64,000 bases of DNA, from assembly GCA_964016885.1 (NCBI GenBank), contig OZ024741.1:302560001-302624000 (forward strand). The letters run 5' to 3'. The stretch is from Eledone cirrhosa. Taxonomy: Eukaryota. Shown here one piece after another: positions 27,954 through 41,932 of this stretch. The notes under the pieces are model-generated. The model saw nothing but the letters and a program-made list of their open reading frames with translations, was not told where the DNA came from and did not search any database. The translations under genes and the position numbers were made by a program. Position 1 is the first letter of the stretch. Every line of letters begins with the position of its first letter.

Positions 27954-29514
27954 ATATTCATTAGTTAAGCAAAACAAGACCACAAATTCCACAAGGAAGA
28001 CATTATTAAAATATTGTCAACATAATTTTAGTTTAATGTAAGGAATGTAAAGAATAATAATAATAATAATACTAATAATGTCCGTTTACAATTGTTTCGC
28101 TACTCCATATAATGTTTCTGGATCAAATGATTACTAGGCGGTGGATTGGCAGTATTGGTAGAGGGTCGGACGCCATGCTTTGACGCATAGAGTTACGGCC
28201 CTTGCCATTCTGAGTTCAAATCCCGCCGAGGTTAACTTTGCCTTTCATCCTTACGGGGTCGATAAAAGAAAGTTCCAGTAATACACTGGCTAATTGCTGG
28301 CTTTGTGCCTAACGTAGAAACAATTATTGATCTGGTTCAGTTGAAGATAATTAACTTAGGTAAAATTGGAGCAGTTCATCGGAACTTCAAAAGGAGTATA
28401 AATTAAGGTAAAGAAAGATGGTTACATGAATGTAATGTTCCATATATTGGTATTTCACTATGGTGTCCTGGGTATTTCTATTGTCTGCCATAGGCGAGCA
28501 ATATTATTCTGTCGAGGCTGCATTATGTGAGATCTGCCTATGGGTAACAAGATGGCCGCCAAAGGACATATTTATATTACTAATTAGAGGGTGGTTTCAG
28601 GGGAAGTAACTCCTCGAGAAATTAGAAATTGTATGTGGTTTATAGTTAAGAAGTGCTAATGAGTTTAAGTGAGAGGGCTAATTCCTTCGCCAACAGAATA
28701 TTTGACCCAACATAGTCATCTATTCCCACTTTTGCTTATAGCTAATAAGTTAAATAGTTATAGCTAACTTAGATAATTATAAGTTACCTCCCTTACATTG
28801 TCTCTCACTTAAACTCATTAGCATTTCTTAACTATAAACCACATACAATTTCTAATTTCTCGAGGAGTTACTTCCCCTGAAACCACCCTCTAATTAGTAA
28901 GATAAATATGTCCTTTGGCGGCCATCTTGTTACCCATAGGCAGATCTCACACAATGCAGCCTCGACAGAATAATATTGTTCGCCTATGGCAGACAATAGA
29001 TATATCCAGGACACCATAGTGAAATACCAATATATGGAACATTACATTCATGTAACCATCTTTCTTTACCTTAATTTATACTCCTTTTGAAGTTCCGATG
29101 AACTGCTCCAATTTTACCTAAGTTAATTATCTTCAACTGAACCAGATCAATAATTGTTTCTACTTTTGGCACAAGGCCATCAATTACCCAGTGCATTACT
29201 GGTACTTTATTTTATCGACCCTGTAAGGACGAAAGGCAAAGTCAACCTCGGCGGGATTTGAACTCAGATCGTAAAGGGACGTAACTATGCTAGAAAGCAT
29301 GGCGTCTGACCCTCTAACGATACTGCCAATCCACCGCCTATAATCATTTGATCCAGAAACATTATATGGAGTAGCGAAACAATTGTAAACGGACATTATT
29401 ATTATTATTATTATTCTTTACATTCCTTACATTAAACTAAAACTATGTTGACAATCTTTTAATAATGTCTTCCTTGTGAAATTTGTGGTCTTGTTTTGCT
29501 TAACTAATGAATAT
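27954..29514. repeat. Long inverted repeat / foldback (arms 27954-28675 and 28802-29514, 126-nt spacer)
   Basis: The arms are reverse complements with only scattered substitutions outside the embedded SINEs. Confidence 0.92.
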
Positions 29515-29653
29515 ATATATATAAACGTACGTATATAAATATATACACACACATATATATAAACGTATATATTTGTAAATGTATGTATGTGTGTTTATAT
29601 ATATATATAGATAGATAAATATACACGGGTGTGTATCATTGTGTATAGAAGAT

Positions 29654-30051
29654 TATATTAATAAAAGGAATTCCAACTTTGTCTGATTTACTCGTTTTAT
29701 TTACGATCCTTTAAGATTTATAATGGTATTAGAATGAAATAGTATGGTAGAATATTAAATGTTAAGTGCTAATTGAACAAGTACTTTCATGCTTTCGCAA
29801 TCTTCTGGTTCATAATGTGTGGTGACAGTCAAGTTTGCAATTTTCAACTTTTGACAGTTGAAAATTGCAAACTTGACTGTCACCACACATTATGAACCAG
29901 AAGATTGCGAAAGCATGAAAGTACTTGTTCAATTAGCACTTAACATTTAATATTCTACCATACTATTTCATTCTAATACCATTATAAATCTTAAAGGATC
30001 GTAAATAAAACGAGTAAATCAGACAAAGTTGGAATTTCTTTTATTAATATA
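29654..30051. repeat. Near-perfect palindrome (196-bp arms, 6-nt loop) with hammerhead motifs at 29893-29931 (+) and 29774-29812 (-)
   Basis: One mismatch seen between arms; the arm contains UGAAC-CAGAAGA-U-UGC(GAAA)GCA-U-GAAA-GUAC-UU/-GUUCA; both ends run into TA-rich sequence. Confidence 0.92.
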
Positions 30052-30065
30052 TATATATATATATA

Positions 30066-30300
30066 TTGTTATACTTTGGGAGGGTCATGTTGCTAATAAG
30101 AAACACGCACCAGTTGCTTTCACTCCAATTTATAATAAATAAAAAAAAAAAAATTTTTTTAATTAAAAAAATTTTTTTTTATAAATTTCCGGTTGGTTGG
30201 TTGGTCCACAACCGGACGGTTGTTCATATATTGTCAAAGTTCTTTCGTCACACATTCTGTGACTTCTTCAGTGACTCGGTTTCATCACACGTTTTCAGAT
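30066..30300 (-). mobile_element. Solo 3' terminus (pseudo-LTR) of the Penelope-like family, with hammerhead at 30233-30275
   Basis: Closely matches 35902-36090; minus strand reads GUCA-CUGAAGA-A-GUCACA(GAAUG)UGUGAC-GAAA-GAAC-UU/-UGAC; abuts (TA)n. Confidence 0.85.
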
Positions 30301-30435
30301 AAAGAATCTTGCTAAACAAATTCAGAAACGATATATATATATAGAGAGAATAAAGAAATACAAAGTTTAGATGATAAAGTCCTTTATTGATAAGGCCGTG
30401 ATACATATTTCGAGGACGACATTGGCTGCGCATAT

Positions 30436-30482
<47 letters not shown>

Positions 30483-31172
30483 TATATATATCGAAACAAA
30501 ACAAATACACGAAGGATGTCGCACATTCCATGCAAAGGCAATAAGCTGGGCAAAAGACCAAAAGATCTGGCCGCAAGTGAGAGGAAGTAGACCCAGCTGT
30601 TTCCTAGCTTGTTTGCGATGAGTTTGGCCGAATGCTCCTATCGAATGTAAAAACCCCTTAAGAGTGGCTTAGACAACTCGCCAAGAAATTATGCTTATTT
30701 TTACCATCAGGCCGAAAGCACGGATTTAATTTGTAGTCGCCGGCTTCTGTTGATCTCACGTTTGTAAAAACAATCAAGTAAAAATTAACCTATCAGCAAT
30801 GGTTATACTCGTCTAACGAGTAAACAGCCATCATATATATGTATATGTATATGTATAGGCATATAGATATATACGCATGTGCTGGTACGGCCATGTCAAG
30901 CGCAGTGAACGAGACGCATGCGCTGGTACGGCCATGTCGAACGCAGTGAGGGCTGGATCAGCAATGTGATGAATATCGATCCAGGAGGCAGCAGAGGCCC
31001 AGGAAGACCAAAAACGACTTGGATGGAGGATGTACATCGAGATCAAGTTAGGCTTGGTCTGGCCCAAGTGAGACCGGTGGACAAAAACACATGGAGTGGG
31101 AACGCTGTTTGGCATAACCCACCCTTACTTAGGGATTAATTGTATCCTGCATAATCCCAAACTGGATGTTAA

Positions 31173-31214
<42 letters not shown>

Positions 31215-31424
31215 CCAATTATCCACACAATACAATATAGTTAGCACCCCAAACGTTTAATTGGGAATATACTCCGGTGTTTCCTAATGTTTGTTGAGTG
31301 AGTTGGAAATTGGTCGGAGTATCGCTAATAGCTTTCTTCGTTTATGTAATTATATATATATATATATATATATGTATAATAAGGAGTTGACGGAACCACC
31401 ATATTTATCAATGCCGGGACCAGT

Positions 31425-31494
<70 letters not shown>

Positions 31495-32730
31495 GAGATA
31501 TCCACGGTAAGTTGTGGGGTCTATTCTGCATGAAGAACACGATGTAATCCATATGTTGAAAATGTTGTAGGTTAAGATAAATCCCGGAAAATAATAAAAC
31601 ATTAAAAGGAAAACAGAGTCATGATATAAGTTAAAACAATGAAATAAAAAATCAAGTCATTAGAGATATACTTCACTGCTTTACGATCGTTTCTAGATGA
31701 TGATAATACATTGTAGCTATACTTCGTTATTGATCTATGTAAGGTTAGTTACAAAATATCAGATAAAGAGAATATTTACTTATATGCATATCACCAGCTG
31801 TTGTCAAAAGCAATAATAATTTTATTCAAAATTAGTAGTATGTTAGTATCTTGTCCTTATTTGGAGGTAGTTGAAGAACTAACCAATCAAATTGTTTTTT
31901 TCATATGATGTTAAGATGAAAAGTAATTCACTTTAGTTGAGGTCATGACCCTTTGAAAGGAATGGTTGAATGGTGTTAATCATAGAATTGCCATAAAAAA
32001 TCTATTATTATATATATACACACCCATATAAACTTAGGAGAATTAACAAAGAGAAGACAAGTCAACGAACGAAAACAAGGCAAAACGAAAAGCAATTTTT
32101 TGAACGGGTGAAAAAAAAAATAAACGAAAGACAGAGCTGCAGTGTCTTCAGCCGTTGAGATGGACTTTGGTAGTTTCGCCCCCCAACAACAGTAGTGGTG
32201 GTCCAGCCGGGGTCACAGCGTCTGACACAAGCCATATCGTTGTCCAAGGATTAAGAGACAAAGCAAAACAATAATTTATTTCAATTAAGCTATGATATAT
32301 ACATGCATACACATAGATACATACATACATATATATATAATAATCTATATGTAGTAAGAAACACAGTAAACCGTGTGTCTAATATTACGAGGCTTGAAAG
32401 ACCACATTTGTTTGAAATATTTAACCATGAAGCAGACAGAATGATAAAATAAAATTAAATTATATTATACAAACCGCCTCAATAACAATTATATCTCTCG
32501 GACAGATTAGGGATAATCTGTTTCGCCCAGAGTGTCCTATTGAGTAACGTTATTCAAAAGATCCTTTGGAGGAACCCCATTTCGACCGCTTGTATTCATG
32601 ATCGTATTCTTTCGGTCATTACCAAAGATTCATGACTATAGGTAAGGGTTTGTACGAATATCGTATTGAAGATAGCGAGTTTGGCTTTTACACCCACCTC
32701 TCTTCTTTTGAAGTATATATATATATATTT

Positions 32731-32791
<61 letters not shown>

Positions 32792-32865
32792 CATATATAC
32801 ATACATATATATATACACATAGAATCATACATACATATATATGTATGTGTGTGTGTGTATTCATT

Positions 32866-33720
32866 TTTCTTCTTCTTCTTCTTCTTCTTCTTCTTCTTCT
32901 TCTTCTGCCGGCTCATGGATCTTATCCAAACATCTTGCCCGGGGTCTACCCCTGGGTCTCCTGCCAGTTAGTTTTGCCCGTAAAATCTGTCCAGCGATTC
33001 TCTCTTGAGACATTCTAACCACATTCCCGTAGTATCGGAGCTGTGATCTCTCAATTCGGAGAAGTAGCGGCTCTACCTGGAGCGACTCTGATATCCGAGC
33101 TATACACTCTATTGAGTAACGTTATTCAAAAGATCCTTTGGAGGAACCCCATTTCGACCGCTTGTATTCATGATCGTATTCTTTCGGTCATTACCAAAGA
33201 TTCATGACTATAGGTAAGGGTTTGTACGAATATCGTATTGAAGATAGCGAGTTTGGCTTTTACACCCACCTCTCTTCTTTTGATTACTGAATACTGAAGC
33301 TGGCACATTACTGCCCCAGCTCCTGCAATTGCTCAACTTAATTCAGCCCCCTGCCTTCCATCACTCATCAACACGGCTCTGAGATACTTGAACTTCTCCA
33401 CCTGCTTCGGTGGAATTCCATTCCCATGTAAAATACACCATACTTGCTTCCTTGAAAGGACGTGTGTCTCAGTCTTCGCAGCACTGATTTTCATTCCAGT
33501 CATGCATGTCGGAGATAACCGTCAGACGAGTTAAGTAACACCATGTCGTCTACAAATTCCAACCGACTGATCCTACACCCACCAGTTGTGATACCACTTC
33601 CAGCTCGGCTGCGCATGTCAATCCAGTTCATTGAGATTATGAACAGGAGAGGTGACAGTAAGCATCCTTGGCTGTGTCGTACCCCCAATTTGGATTTAGC
33701 TTTCTTTATCCGAACACAAA
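32866..33720 (-). mobile_element. LINE (RTE-like) RT/3' fragment with (GAA)n tail
   Basis: GVRHSQGCLLSPLLF and LEFVDDMVLL peptides; (TTC)n on the + strand at the 3' end. Confidence 0.75.
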
Positions 33721-34325
33721 TACTAGGGCATTCGTATAGAGACATCAGGGCAACAAGCACACACTCACGCTCTCTGAGTTCTAAGTTGAAACCACGCTGA
33801 AGTCTACTTTGTCTTTTATCCTTTCGATTAAGTAAGTACCACCCGAATGATTGGACAGCCTGCTCTCATTTAAGCTGTCATAATTCATGGGACAGAGGGT
33901 TGAGAGGGTCGAAGTGATGCTTGTGTCTGCTCATGACGACATTTGTTCAAACAAAAACCCTTAGCGAAAACATGGCGCATACTACCAAGTCATTCTCGAA
34001 TGCAAGTGACGGCTGTTGTAGTAGGCTAAGCTTGTATATATATATTTTATATTTGTGTTCCAGCCGAGGGACTGAGCCCATGCTCTGGTTCTGCTACCAT
34101 ATATTTATTTCTATTTTTTTCTTCTTCTTCTATTTACCTATATATCAACACGTGTAAAGGCGCATAGCTTCCATTTGCCACTTTTTACATTCGATAAGGG
34201 TATTTTACCCGATATCATAGCTATTATTTATAGCAATAGACTGTGGTTATAGTTATTTTCTACATTTTCTAAGAATTTCAACCTACTCAACAGTCAAACA
34301 GTCCGGTAGTTAACCTTCGAAATAT

Positions 34326-35164
<839 letters not shown>

Positions 35165-35703
35165 GTATATATTTACTTGAAACACTTATCCGTTTTCATA
35201 TTCAAGAATCTTTATGCTCTAAGACAGATAGATGTAGAAGAATTCCAATTTCAATGCTAATTGGGGTCCCCTATCTGACAGTAGCTAAGTAGCTTTTCAT
35301 CCTCGGGGCCCCAATAATAGGGTTGGGTGGGAACAAGCGGGGGAGTTCGAATAAGCGGGTGGGGATTGAAAAATCGTTAATTCTTCTAGCTTGTCTCCGT
35401 TGATTTAAAAACAAAACAAAATAAAACAAAACAGACAACAGAATTAGTTGCTTAGTTTACATATTGAGACTCCAACCCATCCCATTTATTTTATAACGTA
35501 TAGGGTTTCTAGTAATGTTCTATTTTTTGTCATGTATAGTGTTTTTTAATGTCCGAAGAAAATTAATTGTCGCAGGAATGCTACCACTTAAAATAAAATT
35601 TCGGCGGAGATAGATTAGCAACATCTAATAAGCCTGTGTGAGTATGTTGGAATAAGAACGGCATGGGTTGGAAAAAAATCTGAATAATTAATAAGCGTGG
35701 GCG

Positions 35704-35810
<107 letters not shown>

Positions 35811-35901
35811 CGCGCGTGTGATGATTATTCGAGAGCAAATGTCTGCCAGCCTTAATGTACCTGAGAGTAGACGAGATTAAGCCATTAATGATATATTTAT
35901 A

Positions 35902-38900
35902 TTGTTATACTTTGGGAGGGTCATGTTGCCAATAAGAAACACACGCACCAGTTGCTTTCACTTCAATTTATTATAATAAATTTATAAATTTAGGAATTTA
36001 TAAATTTCTGGTTGGTTCCACAACCAGATAGTTGTTTATATATTGTCAAAGTTCTTTCGTCACACATTCTGTGACCTCTTCAGTGACTGGGGATTCTTTT
36101 CTTTGTTTTTGTGCCTCTCCTTTGTTCTGTCCTACGCCATTTTGTTTCTGTGTGTGTGTTGTGTGCTCAGTCTGTGCATGCGCCACATCCGGGTGTCTGT
36201 GTGTGTTTATATTCGTTTATTTATTTGTTTATTTACATGTTACCGGTTGGTTGTTTGTTCTATGTGTGTGTGTGTTTTCATTTTGTCCTTAATTGTAAGT
36301 TGTGATGTTGCTGTTCCACTCATATTTTCTATTTAATTTTGGTCGTAATTCTTTTATGTTTATTGCCTCTGTGATTTGTCTAAACATTGCGTCTTTTCTG
36401 TGTGTAGATTCTATTTTTATTTCTATGTTCTCTAATTTACCCTTATGTTCTATTTTAGCATGTTGGTAGAGTACAGATGATTCTTTACTATCTTGAAGGT
36501 CTCGCCAGTGTTCATTTATCCGTTCCCCTACACTACGAGCTGTCTCACCTATGTACACTATATTTTTGTCTCTACATTGTCCTTCACTACATCTTATGCT
36601 ATATACTACATTTCTACTTTTACAGTTAATATGGGGGCTTATTTTACAGGTTATACATTTCTTATCTATACAGGGGGTATTTGAAAAGGGTATGTCTTGC
36701 TAATAAGTGTTTTTACGGAAGTACCTGGTCTTTCTACTATCTTAATATTGAGTTTATGTTTATCTAGGGCCCTTTTAAATTTGTAAGCTAATTCACCTCT
36801 AGGGGTTGTATCGATGAACATTACACTCTGGTATTTATTGCTATCATACCATGAGTTTATTCTATTAGCCTTATTCCTAGTTCTTTCTATTCTATTCCAA
36901 AATTTGCTCCTATACAAGGGGCAGGTCCCATTTGTGTCATTATTTACCATTTTTTCCCATTTGGTTCTGGCTCCTCTATACACTCTGATTTTATCTCTCT
37001 GATTGTAACCAGAGAACTGCATACGGTGGATGAAGTGTTGTATGTGTCTCTCTAGTTCTTCGGGGTTGCACATGCGGGACACGTTTCTCATCACCCGTAC
37101 CAAATCCGCAATCAGTATGTTGATTTTGGTATGGTCCGAAACAGCTGAGTTTCGGTGGATCAGATGTTTGGAAGTCATGGGTTTGGCATAATGGGAATGG
37201 AGGATTTGTTTTTTGTTATTAATGGTATCTAACCAGAGCTCTGTGTCTAGTACAGATAATCGGTGGTTGGGGTGTTTACTTGGGTAGTCTATAGTAACTC
37301 TAATACTCTGGTGGATGGAGTTAGCTATTTGCTGGATGCTTTCCATTGTGCTTTTCTCTAGTTCCTGACTGTTCTCTAGCGAGGGTGTCGTAACTACGAT
37401 GTTTATATCATCAACGTAGCGGGAGTACATTATCAGGGTTAAGGGGTCTTCTAATTGTTCTTTAAGTCTAAGTTTAAGTCTACTGTCCCACCATACCATG
37501 AATAAGTTAGCTATGTCGCCTGCAATGCTAACACCAATGGCTGCTCCTTCCTCTTGGGCATATGTTTTTCCATTAAATTTGAACATATGTTCCTTAAGGG
37601 TTAGTTTTATGCTGGCCTCTACCGCATGTGCAATCATTTTCTTCAGTTCATCGTGGTTTTCGGGTGTCCGTATGGCTCTGGTCCACCCATTCCATCTATC
37701 TGTGTGGGTTTTCTTGGCCATTGAGGTAATGGTAGGTGGTCTGCCTCTTGCTGGTCTTGTAGGGCACAGGTTGCTAAGGTCATATGTGTCTAGGTAATTA
37801 TTACTATAGGTAAGTTTAAGTAGGAGTCCCAGCTCACTGGTATCAATCCCACGGAACTCAACATTGCTCTCACTGATCATTTCTACGCATTTCTCCACAG
37901 CAAAATCCACGTCAATAGATGGATACAGGGACACAACATCCATACTACCTATTATGCAATTTGTTAGATCCCTAGATCGGTTACTCTAGGCGATTCTGCT
38001 GAGGAGGTCCTCCGTGCTGTCACATACATCTGGGGACATTTCAATGATGGGGCGTATGATCAGGGAGAGGAAGTAGGACAGTCTGTAGTTACTAGCAATG
38101 TTAGCTCCACAGACTGGCCGTGTTGGTGGTCCCGTGACAGGGTCACTGCCCGTTTTATGGTCTTTTCGAAGCCCATACAACGCCGGCACGTCATTGTTCC
38201 AGGCCTGGAAGTTGTTGGCAGTCCTTTTGTTGGGCTGCATTATATTCGTCCACATCACCATATGGGCATTGAGGGCTTTTTCTCTATCCTCATGCTCCTG
38301 TGGTGTTACCTCTCTTGTGTTAGTGATGTGGGGTTGCATTGCCTGGATGTAGTTTGGCAGGCTGTCAACCGACATTCTGCCAGACTTGTCTGTTGGAAAG
38401 CATGCTATCTCTCCATTACGCGAGCGCTGCATGAGCTTACGCAAGCCATTTGCAGATTTTTCTCCCAGCTGCTAGGCCTCCATTCTATTATGCTTCTTGC
38501 TATACTGTTCTATAATATTTCTAAGTTCGGATCTAGCTATGCTAAATTGTGCTTCTGTTTGTTCATCGACCTGCGACGGCAATTGCGTGCGTTTGTTAAA
38601 TGGTAAAGTCGTGGCGTGGACTCGTCGCAGGTCGAACGACTTATCGGAGAGATTATAAAAAGTAGAGTTCCAGGCTGCTGCTTTATGTGTACTAGTGCTA
38701 TTGTTATTGTTAGTTGTGTTGTTTCTATTTCTATTTCCACCAACAGCCTCATGGTTGTTTCTATGTCTCTCATTATTACTCCTGTCTCTTTCCACTAGCT
38801 CATTGTTATTATCTACTCTATTTTGTGTGTCTGTGTGTTCGTCTTGGTTATTTTCTTTGTCCATAGTCTCCCTTCTCCTTTTAATCCTATCACTTTCCCT

Positions 38901-39509
38901 TATTTCTGTGATTTCTGTGCTACTGTCATTACTTGTTTTCTGTGTCTGTGTGTTTGTTAAGATTGTGGTGGTGGTGAGAGGCATTGAATGTGTGTGTGCT
39001 GTTGTTGTTGATGTGTGCTGTTGTTGATGTGTGTTGTTGTTGTTGTCTCCGTGTGTGTTATTATTGTTGTGTGTGTTGTTATTGTTGTTTGTGTCTGCGT
39101 GTCTGTTGTTGTTTCTGAGTATGTTATTATTGTTGGTGTGTGTGTTGTTGTTATTGTTGTTTGTGTCTGTGTGTCTGTTGTTGTTGGGATGTGTGTTGTA
39201 TATGTGTGTGCGTATGTTGTTACTTTTGTTTTTGTTTTTGTTTTTGAGGCTCCAACGTAATTTTGTAAATGATTTTTCTATTTCTGACAGACAACTAATC
39301 ATATTTATCTTCTTGAATGTCGCAAATTTCGGCGGTAGTTGTAATACAGATAATTCATCAGGATCTATTGCCGTGTTGCCGTATATATTTGTGTTGTTGT
39401 TGTTGTTGAACTCATCTGTTAATGAGGTATCGGCCATATTTATACCGTCAATTTTGTCGGGATATCTATTGGAATTCTCTACAGTATTCTGATTTAGTTT
39501 TATCTGCTT
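35902..39509 (-). mobile_element. Penelope-like retroelement (RT + C-terminal GIY-YIG endonuclease; Neptune/Nematis-type architecture), 5'-truncated and disrupted
   Basis: One reading frame from about 39509 through PTDKSG, LYGLRKDHK, RPVCG, SMDVVSLYPSI, QEEGAAIG, RYVDD, with in-frame TAGs at 38472 and 37986. After a frameshift near 36685 it continues C..KKC..C..NCKSRNVVYSIRC...YIGETAR...R..EH...EA..I (GIY-YIG). The 3' UTR has a hammerhead; both ends lie in TA-rich sequence. Confidence 0.93.
36045..36087 (-). ncRNA. Hammerhead ribozyme motif in the Penelope-like element 3' UTR
   Basis: GUCA-CUGAAGA-G-GUCACA(GAAUG)UGUGAC-GAAA-GAAC-UU/-UGAC; PLE-encoded minimal hammerheads are an established feature. 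Confidence 0.85.
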
Positions 39510-40869
39510 ATATATATATATATACTTGTTACTTCAACAAGTAAATTATCAGTAATATTTATTATATCAATAATTGTTTCTACTTTTGGCACAAGGCCAG
39601 CAATTACTCAGTGTATTACTGGTGCTTTATTTTATCGACCCCGTAAGGATGAAAGGCAAAGTTAACCTCGGCGGGATTTGAACTCAGAATGGCAAGGGCC
39701 GTAACTCTATGCGTCAAAGCATGGCGTCCGACCCTCTACCGATACTGCCAATCCACCGCCCTTTATTATATCAATAATGGTTTCTTATATAGGCACAGCA
39801 GTTTTGGGGGGGGAGGGGAAATTAAATCGGCCCCAGTGCGTAACTGGTACTTTATTTTATTGATGCCGTAAGGATGAAAGGCAAAGTTAACTTCGGCGGG
39901 ATTTGATCTCAGATCATAAAGGGCCATAACTCTATGCTGCATAGCATGGCGTCCGACCCTCTACCGATACTGCCAATCCACTGCCCTAATTAACGGCAAT
40001 AATAAAAAAAGAAAAGGAAACAAAAGAAAAAAAGGAATAGGGAAATATAGAGAAAAAAAAAAAGAAAAAGAAACGAAAAAAATGAACGGGAAGAGAATGG
40101 CAAGAACTGTTTCAGAAGAGAGGGGTGGGGTGAGGGGGCATGATTGGGCTTTGGGCCTAGGGCAAGGGGGTAGAAGTACTGCTCTAAGTGGGCAAGACCG
40201 AAAAAGTATTCATGTGGAATGCCAGTGGCACCCGCTGCAACAGCCACCCGACCTCGTGGGGCTCCTTCCTCAGACGGGCCGCCGACGTTCCGATATTGCG
40301 GCGGAGCTAGGCTGTACGGGGTTCAAATACGCATGAGGTCTAGACGGCAACCAGTGCGAAGAGGAAGAGGCAAACCCCGGTATTTGTTTATTTTACGTTC
40401 TTCTGCGAGACAGGCCACACTGCCGGGGTTTGTGGCCGACGCGACTAAGTTGGAGGTACTTTACCCAAATTATTCGGCTATGCGTGGTTCGATTCTCATA
40501 GACGGTTCTGTCTTTTGTTCGTTTACGGGGTATTTTACTGGGAAGTTTTGATGAATTCATGGTTTGCATAAGAGAAACCCAATAGTTTATATTGGTTACT
40601 GACACGCGGAAGTAATTAAAGATAAAAATGCTATTTTCATATATTATTTCTAAGTTATAATTGCATAAATATCCAAATATATGTAGAAATGACACACAGG
40701 ATTAAATGTATGAGTAACTTTGGAGAAATAACTTTTTACAGGTACAAATGTAAGGTTAAAACCCAGGATCTTGTGAATGAAGAGCAAACTTTGTAACAAC
40801 GTAACTGATATAAGAAATGTATTGTCTGTATGTGCGTATGTTTTTCTGTGTAAATTTTGAAGTGTTACA

Positions 40870-41260
40870 GAGGAGTCTGTGCTACTGTACGGGTCTGAGA
40901 CTTGGACACTCTGATGGTGGATGGGTGGTGCACGAGAAGCTGAGGATGGCTCTGAACATTAATCAGTATACACTGAGGATGAAAAACTCAGAGTTGTACG
41001 GGAACCTCCCAAAAGTAAGCTCGAAAGTAACACAGAGGAGACTGAGGTTAGCTGGACATGCTCACCGACATTCAGAGTTGACACTACACTTAGTGCTCCT
41101 GTGGGAGCCCCTACACGGACTCATTAGAAGAGGGAGCCCGAGGTTGACATATATTGATTCCCTAAGGACAGACTGATCTCTGGGAGACGCAGGGCATGGC
41201 GGCGATGATGAAGGACAGAGACCGATGGAGAGAACTCGTCCATGGATCTCGGGAATTTTA
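40870..41260 (+). mobile_element. LINE 3' fragment (RTE-like)
   Basis: ELYGNLPKVS..RRLRLAGHAHRH..LLWEP..RRGSPRLTYID peptide. Confidence 0.75.
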
Positions 41261-41264
41261 CCCG

Positions 41265-41304
<40 letters not shown>

Positions 41305-41417
41305 TGTAAACCAGACAACACATCCAATACAGTCGTTTTCTCTTTTATCCGTCTTCTCATACTGTTCTCCCGGGCGAAGCCAGGTACCTCAGCTAGTATA
41401 TATATACATACATGCAT

Positions 41418-41553
<136 letters not shown>

Positions 41554-41805
41554 AACATCCGTTGTTAGTGACCATGAAATTAGTAAACACAAATATAACT
41601 ACATTGTCATACTAAGCGAACGTAAATGATTTAGTAAAAATCTTCTTTTGTTATAAAAATGTTTCTTCTCTTTAGTTTCGTTCCATTTAACGTTCTATAT
41701 ATTAGTTACATTCTGTAATATTTCCGTTTCCTAGCAGGCAGTTGCCTCTCGTTGCCGGAGACATCGATGTCGTTTAATATCCTAACATCCGGACATCGAG
41801 TACTG

Positions 41806-41837
<32 letters not shown>

Positions 41838-41900
41838 CATATAACAGTATATATATATATATATGTATGTATGTATGTGTGTGTGTGTGTTTTTGTGTGG

Positions 41901-41932
<32 letters not shown>

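Noticed and set aside
31680-31800. Additional hammerhead candidates (GAAACGATCGTA on the minus strand here; partial motifs near 17378, 42040, 44221 and 62570)
   Set aside because: Only half of the catalytic core is present, or stem I cannot be formed.
37986-38474. Two in-frame TAG stops in the PLE ORF as programmed readthrough or UAG-to-UIG editing sites
   Set aside because: The copy is also 5'-truncated and frameshifted near 36685, so ordinary decay is simpler. The stops are not UGA, so the selenocysteine recoding known from Naiad PLEs does not apply.
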